The notes below the pieces were generated by a model. That model had not been told where the DNA came from. It saw nothing but the letters and a program-made list of their open reading frames with translations, and ran no database searches. Source: Flavobacterium sp. (GTDB taxonomy: Bacteria; Bacteroidota; Bacteroidia; Flavobacteriales; Flavobacteriaceae). Taken from it: a stretch of DNA of 64,000 nt. A program made the position numbers and the translations under genes. Positions 9,825 to 20,382 of the stretch are shown one piece after another. The first letter of the stretch is position 1. Each line of letters starts with the position of its first letter. Location of the stretch: positions 14,869-78,868 of the forward strand of contig NZ_JBJTND010000021.1 in assembly GCF_046073885.1 (NCBI RefSeq), read 5' to 3'.

Positions 9825-11521
9825 TGGAAAATAAGAACCCTAATTTAAAAAATCTATTTACCATTATTTTTATAATAATGGCTGTTAATTTTGCCGGTCA
9901 TTTTCTTTTTAAACGTTTTGATTTAACTGAAGATAAAAGGTATACACTTTCACAAACTTCGTTGAACATAATTAGCGAAGTGAAAGAACCACTTTATGTT
10001 GATGTTTTTTTGGAAGGAAATTTTCCAGGTGAATTCAAAAAATTGCAAACAGAAACCCAACAGCTTTTAGAGGAGTTTAAGGCAACTAATTCTAATGTTA
10101 TTTTCCAATTTATTAATCCGTTGGATAAAGAGGAAGATCGCGACAAAACCTTACAAAAGTTTTATGATAGGGGTTTAATGCCTCTCAATGTTACAATGGA
10201 TGAAAAAGGAAAACAAACTCAAGAAATTGTTTTTCCATGGGCTGTTGTAAGTTATGGCAATAAAAGTGCAAAAGTGCCATTGCTTAAAAACATGATGGGT
10301 GCATCTACAGCTCAAAAAGTAGTAAGCTCGGTACAGCATTTAGAATATGCTTTTTCAAATGCTTTTAATACAGTTACTAAAACACGGGAGAAGAAAGTAG
10401 CTATTATTAAAGGAAATGGTGAGCTACATGATTTATTAATAGCCGATTTTTTAAAGTCGGTTAGAGAAAATTATTTTATTGGGCCCTTCACTTTAGATTC
10501 GGTTGCAAAAAATCCGGAGAATACTCTAAAAGAATTGAAAAAATACGATTTGGCTATTATTGCTAAGCCAACCGAGGCTTTTTCTGATTCTGAAAAACAA
10601 GTATTAGACCAGTTCCTTATCAATGGAGGTAATACGATTTGGCTTGTAGATCAAGTGAATATGGAAATGGATAGTTTGATGGAAACAGGTGAGAACATGG
10701 CTTTTCCAAGAGATTTGAATTTAAATGATCTATTCTTTAAATATGGTGTTCGTATTAAGCCCGATTTAATCAAAGACATCATGGCAACCCCAATATCTTT
10801 GGCTACAGGTCAGCAGGGTAGTGCTACACAATATACTAAATTTCCATGGTTGTTTTCTCCAATGGTTTATCCTGTTGCAAATATGGATAATTCCAAAACA
10901 AACGCTATTGTAAGTAATTTGGACGGAATAAAATTTGAGTTCACTAACCCTATAGAAGTTCTAAAAAACGACATAAAAAAGACGGTATTATTACAAAGTT
11001 CCCCTTATTCAAAATCGGTTGGTACACCTACACAAGTAAATTTAAATATGGTTGAAGATCGCCCAGAACAAAAAGAGTTTTTTGGTCATGGAAACCTTCC
11101 GGTTGCAGTTTTATTAGAAGGTAAATTCAACTCGGTTTACCAAAATAGAGTCCTTCCATTTGCAGAAAAAGATTTTAAACCAACAGGAAGAGATTCAAAA
11201 ATGATTCTTATTTCAGATGGAGATGTGATAAGAAATCAATTGGACAAAGACTACCAACCATTAGAGTTAGGATTTGATAAATGGACCAATAATTTGTATG
11301 CAAATAAAGAGTTTATGCTTAATTGTGTAAATTATTTATTGGATGATAATGGCTTGATAAATATTAGAAGTAAAGAAGTTGCATTGCCTATTTTAGACAC
11401 TCAAAAAGTAACCGAAAATTATACTTTTTCTCAGATTCAAACTATTGGTATTCCTATAACCTTAGTTTTAGTTTTTGGAATTGTTTTTACTTTTTTGAGA
11501 AAGAAAAAGTACAGTAAATAA
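9824..11521 (+). CDS. gldG: Gliding motility-associated ABC transporter substrate-binding/accessory protein GldG
   Basis: 565 aa with N- and C-terminal TM anchors. Resembles the GldG family and is coupled to gldF. Confidence 0.8.
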   Translation: MENKNPNLKNLFTIIFIIMAVNFAGHFLFKRFDLTEDKRYTLSQTSLNIISEVKEPLYVDVFLEGNFPGEFKKLQTETQQLLEEFKATNSNVIFQFINPLDKEEDRDKTLQKFYDRGLMPLNVTMDEKGKQTQEIVFPWAVVSYGNKSAKVPLLKNMMGASTAQKVVSSVQHLEYAFSNAFNTVTKTREKKVAIIKGNGELHDLLIADFLKSVRENYFIGPFTLDSVAKNPENTLKELKKYDLAIIAKPTEAFSDSEKQVLDQFLINGGNTIWLVDQVNMEMDSLMETGENMAFPRDLNLNDLFFKYGVRIKPDLIKDIMATPISLATGQQGSATQYTKFPWLFSPMVYPVANMDNSKTNAIVSNLDGIKFEFTNPIEVLKNDIKKTVLLQSSPYSKSVGTPTQVNLNMVEDRPEQKEFFGHGNLPVAVLLEGKFNSVYQNRVLPFAEKDFKPTGRDSKMILISDGDVIRNQLDKDYQPLELGFDKWTNNLYANKEFMLNCVNYLLDDNGLINIRSKEVALPILDTQKVTENYTFSQIQTIGIPITLVLVFGIVFTFLRKKKYSK

Positions 11522-11563
11522 AAAATTAGTGTAACAAATTACATTTATATATAACTAATTAAG

Positions 11564-11587
11564 ATGCTTTTGTGAAATCAAAAGCAT
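11564..11587 (+). terminator. Rho-independent terminator after gldG
   Basis: ATGCTTTTG-TGAAAT-CAAAAGCAT hairpin followed by TTTTTTT. Confidence 0.7.
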
Positions 11588-11628
11588 TTTTTTCTTTTAT
11601 TTGTTTATCAATTAACTAACTCCAATCT

Positions 11629-13878
11629 ATGAAAAAATTTATTTTAAAAGCTTCTATTTTTAGCGCTTTGTTTTTCGGATTTACTTCTGTAAATGCTCAG
11701 GACGCCAAGCCAATGTCAAATTATAATTATAATGAAACATTTGCTAATAATTTTTATACAAAAAATGCAACGGAAACACGTTCTGCAAGTGGTCAGCCAG
11801 GTCCTAAATACTGGCAAAATCGTGCGGATTACACTTTAACCGCAAATTTGAATGAGCAAACTAAAGAAATTTCAGGGTCAGAAATTTTAACGTACACTAA
11901 TAATAGTCCAGATAAACTAAGTTTTTTATGGATGAATTTGGAGCAAAATTTATTTAAAAAAGATTCCCGTGGTAACGCTATCATTCCATTAAAAGGAAGT
12001 AGAAATGGTGCCAAAGGACAGGATTTTGACGGAGGTATTAAAATAAAATCGCTTAAAGTGATTTCAACAGTAGGTGGAAAGACGGTTGAGAAAGAAGCAA
12101 CTTATTCTATTGTAGATACTCGTATGCAAGTAAATCTTCCACAAGAGTTAAATGGAAATGGTGCATCGGTTAAATTAAAAATTGAATTTTCATTCGTTTC
12201 TCCAGATTATGGCTCGGATCGAATGGGAGTTGTTGATACTAAAAACGGAAAAATTTTCACAGTGGCTCAATGGTATCCTAGAATGTGTGTTTATGACGAC
12301 GTTCGTGGTTGGAACACATATCCTTACCTTGGAGCAGGAGAATTTTATTTAGAATATGGTGATTTTGATGTAGCAATTACTGCGCCAGCTAGTCATATTG
12401 TAGTTTGTTCTGGTGAATTGCTTAACACTTCAGAAGTGTATACTGCTGAGCAACAAAAACGTTGGGCTGCTGCAAAAGCAAGTGATAAAACCGTTATGAT
12501 TCGTACTGCAGAAGAAGTAACGCAAGTTGGAACTCGTCCAGAAGGAAAATCTACCCTTACTTGGAAATTTAAAATTAAAAATGCGCGAGATGTTTCTTGG
12601 GCTTCTTCAGCAGCATTTATTGTAGATGCAGCTCGAATCAATCTGCCTAGTGGAAAAAAAGCATTGGCTATTTCAACCTATCCAGTTGAATCTGATGGTC
12701 AAGAAGCTTGGGGAAGAGCTACAGAATATACAAAAACATCGATTGAAAATTATTCAAAAAGATGGTTTGAATTTCCTTATCCTGCAGCAACTAACGTAGC
12801 TGGTAATGAAGGCGGAATGGAATATCCAGGTATTGTTTTTTGTGAATTAACATCAAAAGGTGCAGAACTTTGGGGAGTTACAGATCATGAATTTGGTCAC
12901 GGTTGGTATCCAATGATTGTAGGTTCTAATGAACGTTTATTTGCGTGGATGGATGAAGGATTTAATACTTTTATTAATGGATTAAGTGCTCAAGATTTTA
13001 ATAATGGTGAATACAAGCAACCAGAACAAAATATGCACGAAGTTTCAGAAATGCTGACTGATCCTAGTTTGGAGCCAGTAATGGCTAATCCAGGAAATTT
13101 AAAAGAAGCAAATCTTGGAATATTAGCTTATTTTAAACCAGGTGCAGGATTAGATATGCTTAGAAATAATGTGTTAGGTAAAGAACGATTTGATAAAGCA
13201 TTTAGAACTTACACAGAGCGTTGGGCTTTTAAACATCCTATGCCAGACGATTTCTTTAGAACTATTGAAAATGTAGCAGGTGAAGATTTGGGTTGGTTTT
13301 GGAGAAGCTGGTTTATTAATAACTGGAGATTGGATCAAGGAATTTCAAAGGTTAAATATGTAAAAGGAGATGCTAAAAAAGGAGCAATTATCACAATTGA
13401 AAACCTAGAAAAAATGGTGATGCCAGTTGAAATTGAAATCAAAACAAAAAGTGGAGCTGTTTCAAGAAAATCATTACCTGTAGAAGTATGGGAGCGAAAT
13501 TCAGATTGGACATTTAAAGTAGATACTACTGAAGAATTAGATTCGATTACAATTGACCCAGATAATAAGTTACCAGACAGTAATTCAGAAAATAATGTAT
13601 GGACTATTGAAAAAAATGGAATTACTAAAGTTGAATCGTTATCTCCTTACTTAGGAAAATTCTCAAGTACTAAACTTCCAATTAAAATTACTTTTACAGA
13701 GGAAGAGGAAAGCTTAGTTATTAATGCTCAAGGTCAACCTTCTACTGCTTTAGAAAATAAAGGTGCTGGTAAATTTACTTTAGACCAAGCTGGTTTAGTA
13801 ATTCAGTTTAATGAAGCAAAAGATGGATTTAATTTAAGTGTAGGTCCTCAAAGTTTTGATTTTACTAGAGATAAATAA
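11629..13878 (+). CDS. M1 family (gluzincin) metallopeptidase, secreted
   Basis: Signal peptide. HEFGH followed about 18 residues later by WMDEGF (HExxH-x18-E). 749 aa. Confidence 0.85.
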   Translation: MKKFILKASIFSALFFGFTSVNAQDAKPMSNYNYNETFANNFYTKNATETRSASGQPGPKYWQNRADYTLTANLNEQTKEISGSEILTYTNNSPDKLSFLWMNLEQNLFKKDSRGNAIIPLKGSRNGAKGQDFDGGIKIKSLKVISTVGGKTVEKEATYSIVDTRMQVNLPQELNGNGASVKLKIEFSFVSPDYGSDRMGVVDTKNGKIFTVAQWYPRMCVYDDVRGWNTYPYLGAGEFYLEYGDFDVAITAPASHIVVCSGELLNTSEVYTAEQQKRWAAAKASDKTVMIRTAEEVTQVGTRPEGKSTLTWKFKIKNARDVSWASSAAFIVDAARINLPSGKKALAISTYPVESDGQEAWGRATEYTKTSIENYSKRWFEFPYPAATNVAGNEGGMEYPGIVFCELTSKGAELWGVTDHEFGHGWYPMIVGSNERLFAWMDEGFNTFINGLSAQDFNNGEYKQPEQNMHEVSEMLTDPSLEPVMANPGNLKEANLGILAYFKPGAGLDMLRNNVLGKERFDKAFRTYTERWAFKHPMPDDFFRTIENVAGEDLGWFWRSWFINNWRLDQGISKVKYVKGDAKKGAIITIENLEKMVMPVEIEIKTKSGAVSRKSLPVEVWERNSDWTFKVDTTEELDSITIDPDNKLPDSNSENNVWTIEKNGITKVESLSPYLGKFSSTKLPIKITFTEEEESLVINAQGQPSTALENKGAGKFTLDQAGLVIQFNEAKDGFNLSVGPQSFDFTRDK

Positions 13879-13900
13879 GATTAGATATTAAATATTAAAA

Positions 13901-13918
13901 GGCCCGCAACTGCGGGCC
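13901..13918. terminator. Bidirectional terminator between the M1 peptidase and the DUF4199 gene
   Basis: GGCCCGCA-AC-TGCGGGCC GC-rich hairpin flanked by A- and T-runs. Confidence 0.8.
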
Positions 13919-13922
13919 TTTT

Positions 13923-14420
13923 TTATTTTTTCTTTAAAATTAAGGAACTAATTAATGTGATTACAATTCCAAATGGCACTATCTCCATATAGGTTAACAG
14001 AATAATCATCAAAGGATTTTTATACATTTCCTTATAGGATTCCATTTTTGTAGTTACTTCTGCTAATTCAGATGGAGTAGCATGAGCGATTTCTGATTGC
14101 GCATATTTCTCAATGAAATCAGGGAAGAAGTTGTAATAAACAATTAGCCAAACCCCAACATAAAACGTGGAAATTAATAAAGTTATTAAGGAACCAATTT
14201 GAAGTGCCTTTGAAAATGATATTTTGCCATTAGCTATTTTTCGATAGCGTTCGATTCCCAAATAAATAAAGATAAAAGCAAGTAGCATTCCGCCAAATCC
14301 TATAGCATAATTAGGTTCAAATCCTTTTGAACTATTGTAACACAAATAAGTTCCAATTGCCATAGAGGTAGCAATTATTAATCCCCCAATAGTTCCATTT
14401 TTTAAAATAATATTTTTCAT
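13923..14420 (-). CDS. DUF4199-like small membrane protein
   Basis: 165 aa with about four TM helices. The pattern is typical of Bacteroidota DUF4199 proteins. Confidence 0.55.
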   Translation of the reverse strand: MKNIILKNGTIGGLIIATSMAIGTYLCYNSSKGFEPNYAIGFGGMLLAFIFIYLGIERYRKIANGKISFSKALQIGSLITLLISTFYVGVWLIVYYNFFPDFIEKYAQSEIAHATPSELAEVTTKMESYKEMYKNPLMIILLTYMEIVPFGIVITLISSLILKKK

Positions 14421-14482
14421 ATTTATCTATTTAATAACAAAATATAAATGTACTATTTTTTTAATTTATTACAAATTTGGAA

Positions 14483-17080
14483 TTAATTCAGTTCATTTTG
14501 ATTTCGAAAAACCAATTGCCCATCAAAACAATCCAATAAAATAATACTATCGGTGGTTACTTTGCCGGCCAATATTTCTTTAGAAAGTTGGTTTAAAACT
14601 TCACGCTGAATGACTCTTTTTACAGGACGAGCTCCATATTGTGGGTCGTATCCTTTTTCTGATAAATAATTTATAGCTTCAGGAGTTGCATCCATGGTTA
14701 TGCTTTGTTCCGCTAGCATTTTAACTAATCCCTTCAACTGAAGTCCAACAATCTCTTTAATATTATCAGACGATAAAGGCGTAAACATTACAATTTCATC
14801 AATACGGTTAATGAATTCAGGTCGGACCATTTGTTTCAATAAACCTATAACTTCAGTTTTGGCTGCTTCAATTGCTGCATCTACACCTTTTATGTTTTCA
14901 AATTTTTCCTGAATAATAGCGCTACCAATGTTTGAAGTCATGATAATAATTGCGTTTTTAAAGTCAGCAACTCGGCCTTTATTATCCGTTAATCTTCCTT
15001 CATCTAAAACCTGTAACAATATATTGAAAGTATCCGGATGTGCTTTCTCTATTTCGTCCAACAAGATAACGGAATATGGTTTTCTTCGTACCGCTTCCGT
15101 TAACTGACCGCCTTCATCATAACCCACATAGCCAGGAGGCGCACCAACCAATCGGCTTACGCTATGACGCTCTTGGTATTCACTCATATCAATTCGGGTC
15201 ATTGCATTTTCATCGTCAAATAAGTATTCGGCAAGCGCTTTCGCTAATTCGGTTTTGCCAACACCAGTAGTTCCAAGAAATAAGAAAGTTCCAACTGGCT
15301 TTTTCATATCTTGCAATCCTGCACGACTTCTTCTCACGGCATCACTAACCGCTTCAATCGCTTCTTCTTGACCAACAACACGATGGTGTAATTCTTCTTC
15401 TAGTTTTAATAGTTTTTCTCGTTCTCCTTGAAGCATTTTCATAACCGGAATTCCGGTCCATTTTGCTACCACTTCAGCAATATCTTCTCTGGTAACTTCT
15501 TCTTTTATTAATGAGGATCCCGATTGGTTTTCAGCTAATGTAATTTGCAAAGTATCCAATTGCTCTTGTGCCTCTTTTATTTTTCCGTAACGAATTTCGG
15601 CTACTTTTCCATAGTCTCCGTCGCGTTCAGCGCGTTCTGCTTCTAATTTAAAGTCTTCAATTTCTTGCTTAACTGACTGAATTGAATCGACTACATCTTT
15701 TTCGGATTTCCATTTGGTAAAAATCTCGTTTCGATCTTCTTTTAAATTGGCTAAATCCAATCCAAGCCCTTTTAACTTGTTTTCATCTTTTTCTCTTTTA
15801 ATCGCTTCAATTTCAATTTCTAATTGCATTATTTTACGATCTAAGACGTCTAATTCTTCTGGCTTTGAATTGATTTCCATTCGCAATTTAGACGCGGCTT
15901 CATCCATTAAATCAATCGCTTTGTCTGGAAGAAAACGATTCGTAATGTAGCGTTGTGATAATTCTACCGAAGCGATAATGGCATCATCCTGAATACGAAC
16001 TTTATGATGAGTTTCGTATTTTTCTTTAATTCCTCTCAAAATTGAAATAGCGCTCTCTGTATCCGGTTCTTCAACCATTATTTTTTGGAAACGGCGTTCA
16101 AGAGCTTTGTCTTTTTCAAAATATTTTTGATATTCGTCAAATGTGGTTGCTCCAATTGCACGAAGTTCCCCTCGAGCCAAGGCTGGTTTTAATATATTCG
16201 CGGCATCCATAGCGCCTTCGCCACCGCCTGCACCAACAAGCGTGTGGATTTCATCAATGAAAAGAACAATGTCTCCTTCGGCAGAAGTTACTTCTTTAAC
16301 TACAGCTTTTAATCGTTCTTCAAATTCTCCTTTGTATTTCGCACCAGCAATAAGCGCTCCCATATCTAATGAAAATACAATTTTATCTTTTAGATTTTCG
16401 GGCACATCACCATCAACAATTCGGTGCGCAAGTCCTTCAGCAATGGCCGTTTTTCCTACACCAGGTTCTCCAACCAACATTGGGTTGTTTTTGGTTCTTC
16501 GGGTTAATATTTGTAAGACTCTCCGAATTTCTTCGTCTCTACCAATAACCGGATCTAGTTTTCCGCTTCGAGCCAATTCATTTAGGTTTTTTGCGTATTT
16601 ACTTAAGGAATTGTACGTTTCTTCTGCAGATGCCGATGTTACTCGTTCTCCTTTGCGCATTTCGGTGATTGCTGCTTCCAAAGCTTTTTCGGTAACGCCT
16701 TGGTCTTTTAGTATTTGAGCGACTTTGCTTTTCGACTTAAAAATCGCCAATAATAAATGTTCTATTGAAACAAATTCATCGTTTCTTTTTGTAGCAATTA
16801 TTTCTGCTTCATTTAAAGTGGTCGATGCTTCTCTTGAAAACATAAGTTCTCCACCCGTTACTTTTGGAAAACTCTGAATAGTAGCTTCTAGTAGTTTCTT
16901 GAAAAGATCAATATTTACATTAAGCTTTTTCAGGATAAACGGAGTCACATTTTCATCAACTTCTAAAATGCCTTTAAAAAGGTGTTCGTTTTCAAGTTGT
17001 TGTTGACCAAAACTCTGTGCAATGAGCTGTGCTTTTTGCAAAGCTTCTTGCGATTTAATGGTTAATTTATTTATGTTCAT
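14483..17080 (-). CDS. clpB: ATP-dependent chaperone ClpB
   Basis: 865 aa. Two AAA+ modules (GEPGVGKT and GTTGVGKT) separated by a long coiled-coil middle domain. Confidence 0.97.
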   Translation of the reverse strand: MNINKLTIKSQEALQKAQLIAQSFGQQQLENEHLFKGILEVDENVTPFILKKLNVNIDLFKKLLEATIQSFPKVTGGELMFSREASTTLNEAEIIATKRNDEFVSIEHLLLAIFKSKSKVAQILKDQGVTEKALEAAITEMRKGERVTSASAEETYNSLSKYAKNLNELARSGKLDPVIGRDEEIRRVLQILTRRTKNNPMLVGEPGVGKTAIAEGLAHRIVDGDVPENLKDKIVFSLDMGALIAGAKYKGEFEERLKAVVKEVTSAEGDIVLFIDEIHTLVGAGGGEGAMDAANILKPALARGELRAIGATTFDEYQKYFEKDKALERRFQKIMVEEPDTESAISILRGIKEKYETHHKVRIQDDAIIASVELSQRYITNRFLPDKAIDLMDEAASKLRMEINSKPEELDVLDRKIMQLEIEIEAIKREKDENKLKGLGLDLANLKEDRNEIFTKWKSEKDVVDSIQSVKQEIEDFKLEAERAERDGDYGKVAEIRYGKIKEAQEQLDTLQITLAENQSGSSLIKEEVTREDIAEVVAKWTGIPVMKMLQGEREKLLKLEEELHHRVVGQEEAIEAVSDAVRRSRAGLQDMKKPVGTFLFLGTTGVGKTELAKALAEYLFDDENAMTRIDMSEYQERHSVSRLVGAPPGYVGYDEGGQLTEAVRRKPYSVILLDEIEKAHPDTFNILLQVLDEGRLTDNKGRVADFKNAIIIMTSNIGSAIIQEKFENIKGVDAAIEAAKTEVIGLLKQMVRPEFINRIDEIVMFTPLSSDNIKEIVGLQLKGLVKMLAEQSITMDATPEAINYLSEKGYDPQYGARPVKRVIQREVLNQLSKEILAGKVTTDSIILLDCFDGQLVFRNQNELN

Positions 17081-17236
17081 TGTGTGTTTTTTATTGTTTG
17101 ATTTAAATTAATAAATTCTATATTTGATGATTGTCGGACAATTTATATTCCAATACTAAATTATAGACAAAATGACACTTTTTTCGGATGAAATCCATAT
17201 AAAGTTACGACAAAAAGTCTTAATTAATGACAAAAT

Positions 17237-17623
17237 ATGAGTTTATTTAATAATTTTTTTGGTGCAACCCCACAAGAGGAAACCAATTCTAAAATCAATT
17301 GGTTAGCGCTTACCTCAGTTTCTCAATTAGATGAAATAGAAGATGCATCTAACTCAAAATTAGTTGTACTATTTAAGCACAGTACCCGTTGCAGTATTAG
17401 TAGAATGGCTTTGCGTCAATTTGAAAATGATTTTGAATCCAACGATCAAATTCTACCGTATTACTTAGATTTATTGAATCATAGGGACATTTCTAATGAA
17501 ATTGCTTCAAAATTTTCAGTGGTGCACCAATCACCGCAATTACTTATTATCAGTAAAGAGAAATGCATCTATGATGCTTCACATAGTGATATTGATGCTG
17601 AAGTAATCAAAAACTATTTATAA
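17237..17623 (+). CDS. ytxJ: YtxJ-like monothiol thioredoxin-fold protein (bacillithiol system)
   Basis: 128 aa. Single-Cys TRCSIS motif in the position of the YtxJ TCPIS motif. Confidence 0.65.
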   Translation: MSLFNNFFGATPQEETNSKINWLALTSVSQLDEIEDASNSKLVVLFKHSTRCSISRMALRQFENDFESNDQILPYYLDLLNHRDISNEIASKFSVVHQSPQLLIISKEKCIYDASHSDIDAEVIKNYL

Positions 17624-17630
17624 AAAAAAA

Positions 17631-17645
17631 ACAGCTTTAAGCTGT
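17631..17645. terminator. Bidirectional terminator between ytxJ and fahA
   Basis: A10 run, ACAGC-TTTAA-GCTGT hairpin, then a T6 run. Confidence 0.6.
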
Positions 17646-17656
17646 TTTTTGAGTTC

Positions 17657-18940
17657 TTATTTTCTTACAAAAGGAGGGAGAAGTTTACTGGAAACTTCAC
17701 CAAATCCAATTCGCATGGAGCTATTTTGACAATATCCTTTAATGGTAACGGTATCATTATCATTAATGAATTTTCGCTCTGATCCATCTTTCATAGTAAT
17801 TGGATTTTTTCCACCCCAAGTTAATTCCAACATCGATCCAAAACTGTCTTCAGTTGGGCCAGAAATTGTTCCAGATCCCATCATGTCGCCCGAATTTACT
17901 CGGCATCCATTGGAAGTATGGTGTGTTAGCTGTTGCGACATCGACCAATACATGTATTTGAAATTGGATTTTGAAATTAAGCTTTCTTCTGCATTTTCAG
18001 GTTTTAAATACACTTCAAGATTAATGTCGTACGTATGTTTTCCTTTTTGTTGTAAATAGGGTAGTGGCGTTGGTTCTTGTTTCGGACCTTTAGTTCTAAA
18101 TGGTTCTAAAGCATCCATAGTAATAATCCAAGGAGAAATTGATGAAGCAAAGTTTTTTGCTAAGAAGGGACCAAGAGGCACATATTCCCATTTTTGAATA
18201 TCTCTCGCGCTCCAATCATTAAGCAATACCATTCCGAAAATATAATCTTCCGCTTCATTGATTAAAATATTTTCACCCATAACATTCACATCGGTAGTGA
18301 TAAATGCTGTTTCTAATTCGAAATCCACCAATCGTGATGGTCCAAAAACCGGACTTGTTTCTCCGTTTGGTAATGTTTGTCCCATTGGTCGGTGTACCGG
18401 AATTCCCGAAGGAACTATTGTAGAACTTCTACCGTGGTAACCTACTGGTATATGTAGCCAGTTTGGTAATAATGCATTTTCTGGATCCCGAAACATTTTC
18501 CCTACATTGGTAGCATGTTCTTTACTGGAATAAAAATCGGTGTAATCTCCAATTAAAACCGGAAGTTGCATTTCAATATCTTCCATTTTGAAAATGATGA
18601 TTTCTCTATGTTTTGCATTATCACGAAGTAACGGATTTTCGCTATCAAATAATTCGATAAGTCGATTTCGTACTAATCGCCATGTTTTTTTTCCGTCCGA
18701 AATGAAGTCGTTCAATGTATCTTGCATGAACATATCATCGGTCAATTCAATTCCATCAAAATAGCCTAGCTGTTGCAAAGCTCCCATATCAATGGCGCAA
18801 TCTCCAATTCGTGTTCCTATGGTGATTACATCTTCTTTTGTTAAAAACACTCCGAAAGGAATATTTTGAATTGGAAAATCACTGTTTTCTGGAACTTCAA
18901 TCCAGGATTTACGATTTGGATTATTAGCTAAATTTGGCAT
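17657..18940 (-). CDS. fahA: Fumarylacetoacetase
   Basis: Strong FAH-family resemblance (N-terminal FAH_N domain plus a C-terminal FAA hydrolase domain). The start is placed at MPNLANNP (18940) rather than at the 22-codon hydrophobic extension of the track ORF. Confidence 0.88.
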   Translation of the reverse strand: MPNLANNPNRKSWIEVPENSDFPIQNIPFGVFLTKEDVITIGTRIGDCAIDMGALQQLGYFDGIELTDDMFMQDTLNDFISDGKKTWRLVRNRLIELFDSENPLLRDNAKHREIIIFKMEDIEMQLPVLIGDYTDFYSSKEHATNVGKMFRDPENALLPNWLHIPVGYHGRSSTIVPSGIPVHRPMGQTLPNGETSPVFGPSRLVDFELETAFITTDVNVMGENILINEAEDYIFGMVLLNDWSARDIQKWEYVPLGPFLAKNFASSISPWIITMDALEPFRTKGPKQEPTPLPYLQQKGKHTYDINLEVYLKPENAEESLISKSNFKYMYWSMSQQLTHHTSNGCRVNSGDMMGSGTISGPTEDSFGSMLELTWGGKNPITMKDGSERKFINDNDTVTIKGYCQNSSMRIGFGEVSSKLLPPFVRK

Positions 18941-19051
18941 GATAGTATGTTGATTTGTTGTTGAAAAAAATGTAATCAAATATATCATTAAGAATTTATT
19001 TGACAAACATATTTAGTAATTTTGACAAACAATTTTTTAATACATAAAAAC

Positions 19052-20326
19052 ATGCAACGCGACGAAGAAATCTTTGACTTAATTCTTGACGAACAAGACA
19101 GACAAATACACGGAATAGAGCTTATTGCCTCTGAAAATTTTGTTAGTGACCAGGTAATGGAAGCTGCAGGATCTTGTTTAACCAATAAGTATGCAGAGGG
19201 ATATCCAGGAAAAAGATATTATGGAGGATGTGAAGTGGTGGATATCGTTGAGCAAATTGCTATTGATAGAGCCAAAGCATTATTTGGAGCAGAATATGCG
19301 AACGTGCAACCGCATTCTGGATCGCAAGCTAATACAGCTGTTTTTGCAGCTTGCTTACAACCAGGTGATAAAATTTTAGGTTTCGATTTGTCGCACGGAG
19401 GACACTTAACACACGGTTCACCTGTTAATTTTTCAGGAAGAATTTATACGCCAAGTTTTTATGGTGTTGAACCAGAAACGGGTCAATTTGATTATGATAA
19501 AATTCAAGCTATTGCAACCAAAGAGCAACCTAAATTAATCATTGCAGGAGCTTCGGCTTATTGCAGAGATATGGATTTTAAACGATTCCGTGAAATTGCA
19601 GACAGTGTAGGTGCTTTATTATTAGCAGATATTTCTCACCCTGCTGGATTAATCGCAAAAGGATTGTTGAATGATCCAATTCCGCATTGTCATATTGTAA
19701 CTACCACTACTCACAAAACTTTGCGCGGACCAAGAGGTGGAATGATCTTGATGGGTAAAGATTTTGAAAATCCATGGGGATTAACTACTCCAAAAGGTGA
19801 AATTAGAATGATGTCATCTTTATTGGATTTGGCTGTATTTCCAGGAAATCAAGGAGGTCCATTAATGCATATTATTGCTGCTAAAGCGGTTGCATTTGGC
19901 GAATGCTTGACGGATGAATTCTTTAGATATGCGATGCAAATCCAAAAAAATGCTAAAGCTATGGCAGCCGCATTTAATAAAAGAGGTTACAAATTAATCT
20001 CAGGCGGTACAGATAACCACATGATGTTAATTGATTTAAGAAATAAAAATATTACTGGTAAAGAAGCTGAAAATGCCTTGGTAAAAGCTGAAATTACAGT
20101 AAATAAAAATATGGTTCCATTTGATGACAAATCTCCTTTTGTTACTTCGGGTATTCGTGTGGGAACTCCAGCTATCACTACTAGAGGTTTGGTAGAAGAA
20201 GATATGGAAACGGTTGTTGATTTAATTGATAGAGTATTAATGAACATCAATAATGAAGAAGTGATTGCTCAAGTTGCTGAAGAAGTAAACGAAATGATGA
20301 GCGAAAGAGCGATGTTCGTATTTTAA
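19052..20326 (+). CDS. glyA: Serine hydroxymethyltransferase
   Basis: Canonical SHMT sequence ([21 protein letters not shown] with the PLP lysine). The ATG at 19052 is preferred over the upstream TTG at 19022. Confidence 0.97.
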   Translation: MQRDEEIFDLILDEQDRQIHGIELIASENFVSDQVMEAAGSCLTNKYAEGYPGKRYYGGCEVVDIVEQIAIDRAKALFGAEYANVQPHSGSQANTAVFAACLQPGDKILGFDLSHGGHLTHGSPVNFSGRIYTPSFYGVEPETGQFDYDKIQAIATKEQPKLIIAGASAYCRDMDFKRFREIADSVGALLLADISHPAGLIAKGLLNDPIPHCHIVTTTTHKTLRGPRGGMILMGKDFENPWGLTTPKGEIRMMSSLLDLAVFPGNQGGPLMHIIAAKAVAFGECLTDEFFRYAMQIQKNAKAMAAAFNKRGYKLISGGTDNHMMLIDLRNKNITGKEAENALVKAEITVNKNMVPFDDKSPFVTSGIRVGTPAITTRGLVEEDMETVVDLIDRVLMNINNEEVIAQVAEEVNEMMSERAMFVF

Positions 20327-20355
20327 TAAGAATCACACCAAATTATAAAAAAAAA

Positions 20356-20374
20356 CCTTCGATACAATCGAAGG
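20356..20374. terminator. Bidirectional terminator between glyA and the E1 dehydrogenase gene
   Basis: CCTTCGAT-ACA-ATCGAAGG hairpin flanked by A8 and T7 runs. Confidence 0.8.
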
Positions 20375-20382
20375 TTTTTTTA

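Noticed and set aside
16143-16718. 191-aa plus-strand ORF (with 15076-15270 and 15714-15950) inside clpB
   Set aside because: It is fully antisense to an unmistakable ClpB coding sequence. Its low-complexity A/S/P-rich translation is typical of antisense frames, and it has no independent start context.
17120-17145. Palindrome ATTGTC-G-GACAAT in the clpB/ytxJ divergent region considered as a heat-shock operator
   Set aside because: It has only 6-bp arms, occurs once, and matches no known CIRCE or HrcA-type consensus. This is too weak to call.
18941-19006. 22-codon N-terminal extension of fumarylacetoacetase (MSNKFLMIYLITFFSTTNQHTI)
   Set aside because: A cytosolic FAH needs no hydrophobic leader. 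The family-typical N-terminus begins at MPNLANNP. The extension would also invade the divergent glyA promoter region.
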